Assembly: GCA_963666985.2 (NCBI GenBank)
Contig: CAXXIA010000001.1
Coordinates: 640,001 to 704,000, forward strand
DNA: 64,000 nucleotides
DNA from: Spirochaetia bacterium
GTDB taxonomy: Bacteria > Spirochaetota > Spirochaetia > DSM-2461
Reading direction: 5' to 3'
Of this stretch, positions 50,099-59,372 are shown one piece after another. Numbering within the stretch: position 1 is the first letter of the stretch; every line of letters starts with the position of its first letter. The notes beneath the pieces were generated by a model. The model did not search any database, had not been told where the DNA came from, and worked only from the letters and a program-made list of their open reading frames with translations. A program made the translations under genes and the position numbers.

Positions 50099-50538
50099 CC
50101 TTCTGGGTTGACGGCGACTCCTGTCCGCGGCCGGCCATGGAGATTCTCCTGAAATACGCTCGAAAAGAGAATCTTACCATCGTTGTCGCCGCCGACAGAA
50201 TCCTCGCGGGCGTGAAAGAAGCCGGAGCCCAGATGCGTTTAATCGAGAGCGGCTCCGATTCGGTCGACGACTGTATCGCCGCGGAGGCCGCCCCGGGCGA
50301 TTTGGCTCTTACCCGAGATTTCGGACTGGCTCTGCGGCTGATGCAAAAAGGCGTGAATGTTTTGAACGATAAAGGGAAGAAGTGGGAATTAAAGGAACTT
50401 CGCTCCCGTGCCCGGGACGCCGAGATTATGCGGGCCATGCGCGGCGGCGGAATGGTAAAGAAGCAGCCGCGTTCCTACGCAAAAAGCGATGCCGAAGCAT
50501 TCGCCGCTTCCCTGAAACTCTTGCTGGATATCGGCTGA
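50095..50538 (+). CDS. YaiI/YqxD (DUF188) family protein
   Basis: WVDGDSCP, DSVDD, GDLALTRDFGLA; ATGA overlap with manA. Confidence 0.85.
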   Translation: MTFWVDGDSCPRPAMEILLKYARKENLTIVVAADRILAGVKEAGAQMRLIESGSDSVDDCIAAEAAPGDLALTRDFGLALRLMQKGVNVLNDKGKKWELKELRSRARDAEIMRAMRGGGMVKKQPRSYAKSDAEAFAASLKLLLDIG

Positions 50539-50650
50539 TCCGGGAAGCCGTGCCGCCGATGCTTCTCTCGTTTCGGCGGCCGCGTATTCTTCGCGAAGGG
50601 ATTCGCACCGGGAAAAGACGCGAATCAGCGTAATCGGAACCCTTCTGTGT

Positions 50651-51697
50651 TTAAGGTTCTTCGGCCGTTTCGGAGGATTCTCTCAGCACCGCCGTTAACG
50701 ATCCGCTTCCTCTGCAGTCCTGGAAGGGTTCCCAAACGAAAATTCCTCCCAGTTCTTTTTCCTGAGCCCATTGGACTTTTTTCCCGATCGTATCGGGCCC
50801 GTTGAACGCATATCCCCCGGCTTCGTCTTGCGACGGTTCGGGCGAGAATCCTTCGGAAATATCGGCGTAGCTTTTCGTGTCCGTCCAGTAATTCGGGGAG
50901 TCGGTTCTGTAGTCGCGGCCGTAAAAAGGAAGACCCAGGATGAGTTTTTCCGGCGGAATCCCCGTTCGGGCCAAAAGGATTTCGGCATCCGCGAGCGCCG
51001 ATTCGTATGTCGCGTGTTTGCCCCCGCCGTTGTAGGCCATCAGATGCACTTCATCAACGGCGTCAAAAAAGCTTTTATCGGGAAGCCTCCATCGGCTCAC
51101 CGCAGCCGAAAGGGCCGTTTCAGCGGGAAGGGCGGCGCGAAGATCCGCAGCAAATTCTTCAATCGTTTCCATCTCGGCACTTGTGGGCGAAGAGACGAAT
51201 TCCCAGTCAAGATCGAATCCGTCCAATTCATAAAGTGCGCAAACGGATGCTATTTTCCCGACGAATGCCTCTCTGGCGTCTTTTTCGGAAACAAGCGGCA
51301 TGAAATCGGCGGAGTTTCCGATAAGAGAAAGAAAAATCCTGACTTTTCCGTTCCCGACGACACTTTTGAGAAAGCTGACATGTCTTGGATCGGGAGAAGT
51401 TCCTTCAAGAAACGCCGCATCCAGAGGAATATGAAGATAAAGGGATTCAAAAGCGCTTCCCAGCCGGCGGCTCCAGGAAGCCTCGCTCCAATGTTCGGCT
51501 CCGGAGCATTGAAGTTTGTCGGCAAGAAGACGTCCGTCCCAGGGCTGAGGAGACGGATTCCAGGATGGGCGGCCGAGGCTATTTTCGGCACCGCTCGTGA
51601 TATCGAGCCGGTAATAGGGAACATAGGCCCCCGACTCAAAAGCGAAAACCACGGAAGCGGACATGAAAAAAAGAAAGAAAATAAAAGTACGCTGCAT
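50651..51697 (-). CDS. Exported glycoside hydrolase family 18 (chitinase-like)
   Basis: Signal peptide, catalytic DGFDLDWE (DxxDxDxE), LMAY, LGLPFYGR, GGIFVW. Start 51697 or 51706. Confidence 0.88.
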   Translation of the reverse strand: MQRTFIFFLFFMSASVVFAFESGAYVPYYRLDITSGAENSLGRPSWNPSPQPWDGRLLADKLQCSGAEHWSEASWSRRLGSAFESLYLHIPLDAAFLEGTSPDPRHVSFLKSVVGNGKVRIFLSLIGNSADFMPLVSEKDAREAFVGKIASVCALYELDGFDLDWEFVSSPTSAEMETIEEFAADLRAALPAETALSAAVSRWRLPDKSFFDAVDEVHLMAYNGGGKHATYESALADAEILLARTGIPPEKLILGLPFYGRDYRTDSPNYWTDTKSYADISEGFSPEPSQDEAGGYAFNGPDTIGKKVQWAQEKELGGIFVWEPFQDCRGSGSLTAVLRESSETAEEP

Positions 51698-51878
51698 CGG
51701 CTCCATAATGTCCGCTGGAGCGCTTCGGGTCAACTGATTACCGCTTGCTCCATCCTTGATGTTTTTCTCAATCCGCGTCGAAAAAATTGAGAAATTTGTC
51801 CCAAATTATAACTTGGGAAGAATTTTTTTCTGAACAGCCATACATTTTCTCAAACTTGAAAAGAAGAGGAGAACCATC

Positions 51879-52862
51879 ATGAAAAATCATCCGGCATTTT
51901 CAACGGGCCTGTTTCTTATTTTAGGAGTCTTGACGATTATCGGCTGCAGCAGTCCTAACAATGGCGGTGGAACAACCTACAGCGCCGGAGATTCGGTATC
52001 CTACACCGGAGGTTCGGCAAGCTACACGATGAACTATGTGCCTTCCGGGTCTTTCACCATGGCCGAAGATATGAATAATTCTGATATCGTGCCGCATTCG
52101 GTAACTCTGACAAAGAGTTTCTGGATGGGAGAAACGGAAGTTACCCAATCCGTATGGGAAGCGGTTATGACGGACTGGCCGTCAACTGCTCCGAGAAGCG
52201 GTTACGGTGCAGGTGATGATTATCCCGCCTACTTTGTGAACTGGTTCGATGCGGTTGAGTTCTGTAACGCCTTGACAATTGCCGCAGAAGGCGGCAGTTC
52301 GAATTGTGTCTATTATTCGGACGACAGTTATACAACTCTTTATACTTCAAGCAACGCCGACAATGAAGAGGTTGCTTATGCCGATTTCAGTAAAACAGGC
52401 TTCCGTCTTCCCACGGAAGCCGAATGGGAATACGCGGCCCGCTGGATAGACGGCACAGACTGGAACGGCGGTGATCATGTCAGCGGCGATACAAGTGCGT
52501 CGTCTGGCGACTCGGAAGTGCTCGGTAATTATGCCTGGTATAGCGGTATTGCCAGCAGCCTCAGCCATGTTGTGGGAACAGCCGGGAACAGTGGAGGAGA
52601 GGCTTGCACCGGCAATGCCAATGCGCTTGGACTCTATGATATGAGCGGCAACGTCAACGAATGGTGTTACGACCGGTACGAGGCTTTTTCGGATGCTTCG
52701 GAAACCGATCCGAGTGGACCTGAAAGCGGCGAAAACCGTGTAATGCGTGGCGGCCATTACAACACCGTGGCAGCATATACGGTATGTGCCAGACGGTTTA
52801 ACGTTTCTCCCGAGAATCGCTCTGCCTACTATGGCTTTCGCCTTTGCAGAACGGCGGACTAA
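51879..52862 (+). CDS. FGE-sulfatase (SUMF1/CLec-fold) domain lipoprotein
   Basis: Lipobox IIGC; ETEVT, FRLPTEAEWEYAAR, NALGLYDMSGNVNEW, RVMRGG and GFRL motifs. Confidence 0.9.
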   Translation: MKNHPAFSTGLFLILGVLTIIGCSSPNNGGGTTYSAGDSVSYTGGSASYTMNYVPSGSFTMAEDMNNSDIVPHSVTLTKSFWMGETEVTQSVWEAVMTDWPSTAPRSGYGAGDDYPAYFVNWFDAVEFCNALTIAAEGGSSNCVYYSDDSYTTLYTSSNADNEEVAYADFSKTGFRLPTEAEWEYAARWIDGTDWNGGDHVSGDTSASSGDSEVLGNYAWYSGIASSLSHVVGTAGNSGGEACTGNANALGLYDMSGNVNEWCYDRYEAFSDASETDPSGPESGENRVMRGGHYNTVAAYTVCARRFNVSPENRSAYYGFRLCRTAD

Positions 52863-52905
52863 TTCGTTCTTGTAGACCTAAGAATCTTTGCTTCTAAGCT
52901 CGGTT

Positions 52906-52930
52906 CACCGGAAACAGCCTGTTTCCGGTG
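52906..52930. terminator. Hairpin downstream of the FGE lipoprotein (convergent genes)
   Basis: CACCGGAAACA-GCC-TGTTTCCGGTG, 11-bp perfect stem. Confidence 0.6.
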
Positions 52931-53021
52931 TTCTCACCGATGGGGAAGATGGCGCGGCTTTTATCATTGATGATGATTATCCGCGCGGACATCGGAGATG
53001 CGTAATCCCTTAAAGGCCATC

Positions 53022-54113
53022 TTACGTTCCGTCCTTTTTGAATCTCATGGGAGGGATTCCCGTTTCTTTTATGAAGGACCGGTAAAAAGAAGATGTGGAA
53101 TTGAAACCGACATGATAGGCAATCTCCGAAATATTTTTATCATTGCTCCCCAGAAGCATGGATTTGGCCTCTTCTATCCGGAAGAAATTGATATAGGAAT
53201 TAAAATTCTTGCGAATATCATTGTTCAGGATATGGGAGAGTTCATGGGGAGTGAGAGAGAGCCGCCTGCTCAGGGAATTGAGGGTAAGATCCGGCTGTCT
53301 GTAAAATTTAAAGTCTCTCATTAATTGGTCAAGGTTCATGCTTTTTGGATTAACGGTCCGACGTAACATGTCGGCTTTGCTTTTTCTTATCAGCCTGGTT
53401 TCTTTTATCACCTTTATTGTGTAGTCCGGATATCGAAAGGAGAAGAAAATAAAGCCCATGGGAAGGATGGATAGAACAATCAAGCTTAATTGCTGCAAAA
53501 CCCGATTCCCGACTAAGCCCGCTATCATCAGTAATGATGATGAGAGACTGAAAAAAATCAAAAAGAAGATTATCGACTTCGTTTCTTTGGTAATCTTTCG
53601 CTTTTTCAGGATGGAAATCGTCTTGCAGGCCGCCGCAAGAAAATAGACTGCAATGGAGAAATCCGCGATGGTGTTGATAACGAAGACGAGAGTGTTCGAC
53701 GAATAGTCGGGCAAGAGCGGGTATGAATCTTCATAGAGACTTCTTATGGAATCATTAAAAATATTCAGACTTATGATTGTTGCCAGAGAGGCAAGGAAGG
53801 GCAATCCATGGAGGATAACGGACTTGAACGGAATCTCTCCATCACCCATGAGAGCGGAAAAGTAAAGATACAGACTCGGTCCGATAAGAAAGGCGGCGGC
53901 TATTTCGGTATTCAACAGTAAAGGAACCGTCCTTAAGAGGCCGATGCTGTAACCCCAGAAATAGAGCATATTGTAGCCGCCGGCCCAAAACAAAAAGGCC
54001 AGGAAATAGTTGATCTGAAGTTTTTTCTTGAATATCAGCTGCTGTACTCCGATAAACGCGAACATCACAAAAATCATGAAGTACAGGTACTGATGTATTG
54101 TTTGATTCAACAT
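53022..54113 (-). CDS. Membrane-anchored AraC-family regulator
   Basis: About 7 N-terminal TMs; C-terminal NFNSYINFFRIEEAK...VGFNSTSSFYRSF. Confidence 0.88.
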   Translation of the reverse strand: MLNQTIHQYLYFMIFVMFAFIGVQQLIFKKKLQINYFLAFLFWAGGYNMLYFWGYSIGLLRTVPLLLNTEIAAAFLIGPSLYLYFSALMGDGEIPFKSVILHGLPFLASLATIISLNIFNDSIRSLYEDSYPLLPDYSSNTLVFVINTIADFSIAVYFLAAACKTISILKKRKITKETKSIIFFLIFFSLSSSLLMIAGLVGNRVLQQLSLIVLSILPMGFIFFSFRYPDYTIKVIKETRLIRKSKADMLRRTVNPKSMNLDQLMRDFKFYRQPDLTLNSLSRRLSLTPHELSHILNNDIRKNFNSYINFFRIEEAKSMLLGSNDKNISEIAYHVGFNSTSSFYRSFIKETGIPPMRFKKDGT

Positions 54114-54286
54114 TATTCAATAACCCGCATTATACTCCGGAGTTAAGGGACGCAAAAAGAATTATGTACGGTTTTTTACTTCCCCCGGAATCGTTAGAAT
54201 ATGATTATTCCGGAACCCAGAGCCGCAGCCGAGGCCGCCGACACGGAATAAGCACGAATAGTATAATATTCATCGAGGTACGCTGG

Positions 54287-54622
54287 ATGCAGATTATAGG
54301 AACGGCGAAATGCCGGGATACAAAGAAATGCCGCTTATGGTTCGATCAGCGCGGAATCACCTATCATTTTGTCGATTTGGCCAAGCGTACTTTGAGCACG
54401 GGCGAATTGAAGGCCATAGCCGCAAAAACGGCATGGGACGATTTGATCGACAAAGAGGGGAAGGCCTGGGCCGAAAAGCAGCTTGAATGGAAAGAATATG
54501 ATGCCTTCGAAGAGTTGGAGGAAGATATTCGCCTGTTGAAGACTCCTGTGGTTCGCGAAGGGAAAGAAGTCGTCATCGGATATAATCCGGAAGCCTGGAG
54601 CGTAATAGCCGGGAAGAGGTAA
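54287..54622 (+). CDS. ArsC/Spx/YffB-family protein
   Basis: MQIIGTAKCRDTKK...LLKTPVVR..VVIGY. Start at ATG 54287 after GAGG. Confidence 0.82.
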   Translation: MQIIGTAKCRDTKKCRLWFDQRGITYHFVDLAKRTLSTGELKAIAAKTAWDDLIDKEGKAWAEKQLEWKEYDAFEELEEDIRLLKTPVVREGKEVVIGYNPEAWSVIAGKR

Positions 54623-54790
54623 TTTCATAATTCATGAAATTGCTTCAATCCGATGGAGGAAACCCTTCCGGATTCGTTTTTGAAGGACTTTGATTTAAAA
54701 ATCGCTGATTTTTTGAATCGCCTCGGGAAGATAACAAAGTTGGGATAAAACGGTCATGCTGCGGCCGACTGGAGATTAAGGAGAGGAAGG

Positions 54791-56809
54791 ATGAGCGAGA
54801 GAGCTCAAAGATTTTACGCGGGATTCGCGTCGGTTTGGGAAAACCTGGAATCTGCCGGGGATGAGCCGTCAAAAGCCGCAAAAGCTTTTTTGAACGCCCT
54901 TGCGGGAACAGGTGATGATCAAAACCTTCCCTCTCCGTTTCAGCATGCCGTCTCGGCGGTTCATGCCGAGTTTGACGCGGCTCTTGCATCGGACCGGAAA
55001 GCGGCGTTCGAAGCCCTGGAATCGGCGCTGAAAAAGGGGTTCGAACCGACTCAAAACGGCGTAAAAACACTATGGAGAGTGTTTTTTCCGGAAGCTCTGC
55101 ATTTAAATGAAAATCCGGATGTCCAAATACCTCTCTTGAGGGCCGAACGAACAGTCGATCTCCGCGACCTCTGTGAAGATTCGATTGAGGATGCCGCCGC
55201 CGAGATTGTCTTTACATCCAATGTTCTTCTCTCCCCGCCTGCGGCGAACGGCAAAGAAGCGCAAGACGAGCGGGAAAATCCGCCGGCCCAAGGCGGTGAA
55301 TCGATCGAGACACAAAGTTTTGCCGACAAGAATAGCTCGGAGATAATCAGGGGCGCGGCCGATGCCTCTCGTGAAAAGCAGCTTTACTGGTACGATCACC
55401 CGATTCCCATTGGTACGGACATTCGATCCGATGAAGCCGTGTACGGACTTAAAGGGCTTTCCGAGGCCTTCGCGTATGAGAAACTACGCGCCGCGACTCC
55501 TTTCTCCGGCCGAATGACGGTTCTCCTTTCGGTATCCGTAACACACGCGGGACTTCACAAATGGGCCAAACCCTGGCTGAAATCGCAGATGGAACGCCTT
55601 GAAGAAAATGAACTTCAGAACCTGGATGTGTTCGCGTTCACCGAGGAGGATACCGACCGAATCATCGAGATTCTCGAACCTTGGCTGGATGAACATGTCG
55701 GAAGTGAATCTTTAAAGAAGGCCTTCGGCGTGGACGGAGAGTACGGACGTCACTACACCTTTCTGAAGGCCTTGCCCGCGCTGTACTCCATACTGGCGGA
55801 TTCGCGGAAAAAGGCGACCTTCAAAATAGACCTCGACCAGGTGTTTCCCCAGGAAGAACTGACGGCGGAAACCGGAAAAAGCGCTTTCGAGCATTTTAAA
55901 ACACCGCTGTGGGGAGCCGTCGGAACGGATGCCGAGGGACGTTCGGTGGAACTCGGAATGATCGCCGGAGCTTTGGTGAACGAGAAAGACATCGCCGCCG
56001 GTCTGTTCACGCCGGATATTCCCTGGCCGTCCGATATCCCCGAAGGCGAGGATTTGCTTTTTTTCAAGCAGCGCCCCATGGCCGTCTCCACCCGGGCCGA
56101 ACTGATGACGCGATACGGTCATGAAGGTTCTCCGGATGGTCTCGATAAGGCACTGCACCGCATTCATGTAACGGGCGGTACCAATGGTATCCGTTTCGAC
56201 GCCCTGAGGCGCCATAAACCGTTTACTCCTTCGTTCGTCGGACGCGCCGAAGATCAGGCCTTTATTCTTTCCGTTTTATTCGGCGGCGAAAAATCGGCTC
56301 TCCGATACGTTCATGCCTCCGGTCTTTTCATGAGGCACGACAAGGAGGCCTTCGCTTCTTCCGCGATAAAGGCGGGGAAAGCGGGATCTTATGTCGGAGA
56401 TTTGGTTCGAATTTTCATCTTCAGCAAGTACGCTTCTTTTCTTCCCGGTGGACGTTCTTCCGTAAAGGACATCGTCGATCCGTTTACCGGCTGCTTCATT
56501 ACGGATTTGCCCGCAACACTGTCTCTTTTAAGACTCGCGTTCCGTCTTCTTACCGCCGACGGCGGAAGCACGGATGAACGTTCGGAGCTTTTGGAATTGG
56601 CCGGAAGACGGCTTGGTCCGTGGATTCTTGATGAGAAGAGGAATACCGATTCTCTCAAGGAAACATTCAAAGCCGAGCGGATTGCCTGGGATGCTTATTA
56701 TCGGGCGCTTGATGTTTTGGAGGATCATCTCGCGAAAGGGCGGGATACGGCACTCAAAGCGTCCGCCGATTTTCGGAATCTTCTCGAAAACTGCCGAATC
56801 GCGGGTTGA
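54791..56809 (+). CDS. Conserved-looking hypothetical protein, possible GT-A fold
   Basis: 672-aa ORF with RBS; KIDLDQ (DxD) and VTGGTNG...ALRR...F...GRAEDQ motifs. Confidence 0.75.
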   Translation: MSERAQRFYAGFASVWENLESAGDEPSKAAKAFLNALAGTGDDQNLPSPFQHAVSAVHAEFDAALASDRKAAFEALESALKKGFEPTQNGVKTLWRVFFPEALHLNENPDVQIPLLRAERTVDLRDLCEDSIEDAAAEIVFTSNVLLSPPAANGKEAQDERENPPAQGGESIETQSFADKNSSEIIRGAADASREKQLYWYDHPIPIGTDIRSDEAVYGLKGLSEAFAYEKLRAATPFSGRMTVLLSVSVTHAGLHKWAKPWLKSQMERLEENELQNLDVFAFTEEDTDRIIEILEPWLDEHVGSESLKKAFGVDGEYGRHYTFLKALPALYSILADSRKKATFKIDLDQVFPQEELTAETGKSAFEHFKTPLWGAVGTDAEGRSVELGMIAGALVNEKDIAAGLFTPDIPWPSDIPEGEDLLFFKQRPMAVSTRAELMTRYGHEGSPDGLDKALHRIHVTGGTNGIRFDALRRHKPFTPSFVGRAEDQAFILSVLFGGEKSALRYVHASGLFMRHDKEAFASSAIKAGKAGSYVGDLVRIFIFSKYASFLPGGRSSVKDIVDPFTGCFITDLPATLSLLRLAFRLLTADGGSTDERSELLELAGRRLGPWILDEKRNTDSLKETFKAERIAWDAYYRALDVLEDHLAKGRDTALKASADFRNLLENCRIAG

Positions 56810-56813
56810 TTCC

Positions 56814-57662
56814 ATGGCACAGGTTCAATGGTTCCCCGGCCATATGGCCAAAACAAAACGGCTCATTCAGGAAAACCTGAAGCGTGTCGATCTCGTTATT
56901 GAAGTTCTCGACGCACGCGCTCCTTTATCCAGCGGTAATCCTCTGTTGAGAACAATCATCGAATCCAAGCCGAGAGTGGCGGTTCTGAATAAGGACGATC
57001 TTGCCGATGCGGCGGCAACGGCGCTGTGGAGCGACGAATTCCTCAAAGACGGGAAGACTGTTCCGGTCAGGGTATCTGCCTCAACGCGCAAAGGGCTGCA
57101 TGAGATTTCGAAAGTAAGCCGGGAATTATGCAAAGACGCTGCATGGCTTGCCCGCCGTCCGGTTCGCGCCCTCATCGTCGGAATCCCAAACGTCGGTAAA
57201 TCCACACTTATCAACGCCCTGGCCGGAAAAAGGAAAGTGGAGGCCGGAGCGACTCCCGGTTTAACGCGCGATTTACGGAGGATTCCCGTGAACAGGGGAT
57301 TTGAACTCTTTGATACGCCGGGACTCCTTTGGCATAAATTTGAAAATCCCGTTACAGGACTCATTCTGGCCTCCCTCGGGGCCGTTAAGGAAACGATACT
57401 TCCGGAAGAGGAAGTCACCGGGAAGTTCCTGGCTTATCTGGCGTACCGATATCCGGATGTTCTCAAAGCGCATTACGGAATGGACGATCTTCCCCAAACC
57501 CCGCATGAGCTTGTCGAGGCCGTCGGACGAAAGAGAGGATGTCTGATGGGAGGCGGGAAGATTGACGGCCAAAGGACTTGTCAGATGGTTCTTAAAGACC
57601 TGCGCGCGGGACGTTTCGGCGCGGTGAGTCTGGAATGGCCGGACGGACTGGGCTGGTCTTAA
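56814..57662 (+). CDS. rbgA: Ribosome biogenesis GTPase RbgA/YlqF
   Basis: WFPGHMAK, DARAPLSS, LNKDDL, GIPNVGKS and DTPG motifs. Confidence 0.95.
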   Translation: MAQVQWFPGHMAKTKRLIQENLKRVDLVIEVLDARAPLSSGNPLLRTIIESKPRVAVLNKDDLADAAATALWSDEFLKDGKTVPVRVSASTRKGLHEISKVSRELCKDAAWLARRPVRALIVGIPNVGKSTLINALAGKRKVEAGATPGLTRDLRRIPVNRGFELFDTPGLLWHKFENPVTGLILASLGAVKETILPEEEVTGKFLAYLAYRYPDVLKAHYGMDDLPQTPHELVEAVGRKRGCLMGGGKIDGQRTCQMVLKDLRAGRFGAVSLEWPDGLGWS

Positions 57663-57729
57663 GAGGCGTCCTAAGAGCTCCGGCAGTTCCGCCGTCATCA
57701 AAAAAGGGAATGAAGGAACTTCTTCGGGC

Positions 57730-58779
57730 TTAATTCCCGCCGCCGGGCCGGGCGACGACACGCCATTCTCCGTGATCGTCGGGCTCGATAAGAAATACCA
57801 GGTATCCGAGGTTTTCGGGAATGAATCCTGAAAATCGTTCATTCCGTCCCATAAACAGCCAGGAGTTTTCTCCCGGTCTCCAGGGTCTTTGTTCGTCGAA
57901 CCACTCGGGGAAGAGCTGCGCGAAGGTTTCCGCGGGATAGATTTTATAATCGAATCGGCGTTTGTAATCTTCGAGAGACGCGACTCCCGGAATCCCGGTG
58001 GGAGGATTCAATCGATATTTGGCTATGGCCGTTCCGTCGTCCAGCGACCTGACCGGGTCGGCTTGCAGGCGATAATAGGAGGGAAGATCTCCCAGCAAAC
58101 AGGATTCCACGAACGAAAGGGCGAACGTCAAAGCGGCCCGGGGACTTAGATCCGGATCGACCGCATCGAAATCGGCTCTTGAAGAGGGTCCGGAATCATT
58201 ACGGACGGTGGGCAGAGGCTTCACATAGGCCAATTGAACATTCGGGGCCGAGGGGGAGGCCTGCCGAGCCTTGTTCGGATCGGCAGTATCCCAGGTTTCC
58301 AGAACGACGGAATAGAGTTTCCCCGTCAGCGGACGGCGCGGCGGAGCTACGAGACGAACTTCGATCAGTTCCTTCCCGCGTCCGAGTTTTGCCGAGTCTT
58401 CCGATTCATACCAATTCGAATAGGATACGGCGCGGGTATCGGTTCCCTCGGACCAAGGATGCGTAAATGTCGGCGCTGATTCGGCGCCGCGGAGCCGGAT
58501 TTGAACGGTTGCCTGACCTCCGGCGCGTTCGTGCTCGTAAGAGGATTCGAGCCGCCATTTCCGAGTTTCACCGGGCATTAACGAAGGAATGTCCGCCGTA
58601 TCCCAATCCACCGTACCGATGGGCATCCATCCCCGTTCGCTGCTGAGGAGCAGGGGTGTGGAATCATCGCCGAAGAGAGTCAGGCTGTTTGTCGGACGGG
58701 TTTGATCGTCGGCGGATGCGAAGGCTGTCAGGACCGCGATCATCACGGCGGCCGAAAGGTATCGGTTTAAGCTGGGCAT
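57730..58779 (-). CDS. Hypothetical exported protein
   Basis: Signal peptide (AFASA), GAGGTG RBS, two apparent domains joined by a Pro/Ser-rich linker. Confidence 0.7.
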   Translation of the reverse strand: MPSLNRYLSAAVMIAVLTAFASADDQTRPTNSLTLFGDDSTPLLLSSERGWMPIGTVDWDTADIPSLMPGETRKWRLESSYEHERAGGQATVQIRLRGAESAPTFTHPWSEGTDTRAVSYSNWYESEDSAKLGRGKELIEVRLVAPPRRPLTGKLYSVVLETWDTADPNKARQASPSAPNVQLAYVKPLPTVRNDSGPSSRADFDAVDPDLSPRAALTFALSFVESCLLGDLPSYYRLQADPVRSLDDGTAIAKYRLNPPTGIPGVASLEDYKRRFDYKIYPAETFAQLFPEWFDEQRPWRPGENSWLFMGRNERFSGFIPENLGYLVFLIEPDDHGEWRVVARPGGGN

Positions 58780-58835
58780 GTTCTTTCACCTCATTTCCAT
58801 CATCGGATGGAAATGGGCGAAACTGAGTTTTCAGA

Positions 58836-58867
58836 CATGACTGACGCCACATATGGCGTCAGTCATG
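58836..58867. terminator. Hairpin immediately after ilvN
   Basis: CATGACTGACGCCA-CATA-TGGCGTCAGTCATG 14-bp perfect stem; a second 10-bp stem at 58792-58815. Confidence 0.6.
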
Positions 58868-58868
58868 C

Positions 58869-59369
58869 TTATGCCGTGGCTTCGCTTCCTCGGCTCATCA
58901 GGACTTTCCCGGTTCTTACGAGTTCGCTGATGCCGTAAGGAGCCATCATTTTGGAAAATGCGTCGACTTTCGAAGAATTCCCCGTAATCTGAACGGTGAT
59001 GGTATCGTCGCCGATATCGATGGTCTGTCCTCTGAAGGTATCGGAGATTTGGAGGATTTCCGTTCTTTTATCGGGCGTGCAGTTGACCTTGAAAAGGGCG
59101 AGTTCCCGCTGAATAACATCGTCGGCCGCATGGTCGACGGCGTGGATAACGTCCACCAGCCGATTGAGTTGGGTCAGCATGAGATGGAGCGTTTTATCGC
59201 TGCCGGTGGCCTCGATGGTCATTCTTGAGAATTCGGGTGTGAGTCCCTGGGAAACGACGAGACTGTCGATGTTGAATCCCCTGCGGGCGAAAACCAAGGC
59301 GATTCGGGTCAGCACACCCGGTTTGTTGCTCACATTAAGACTGATCGTATGCTTTTTCGACTGTTCCAT
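58869..59369 (-). CDS. ilvN: Acetolactate synthase small (regulatory) subunit
   Basis: NKPGVLTRI..FARRGFNIDSL ACT domain, RELAL, ELVRTG. Confidence 0.95.
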   Translation of the reverse strand: MEQSKKHTISLNVSNKPGVLTRIALVFARRGFNIDSLVVSQGLTPEFSRMTIEATGSDKTLHLMLTQLNRLVDVIHAVDHAADDVIQRELALFKVNCTPDKRTEILQISDTFRGQTIDIGDDTITVQITGNSSKVDAFSKMMAPYGISELVRTGKVLMSRGSEATA

Positions 59370-59372
59370 CCC

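Noticed and set aside
56574..56813. 80-aa N-terminal extension of RbgA
   Set aside because: It overlaps the upstream gene; family similarity (WFPGHM) begins at ATG 56814.
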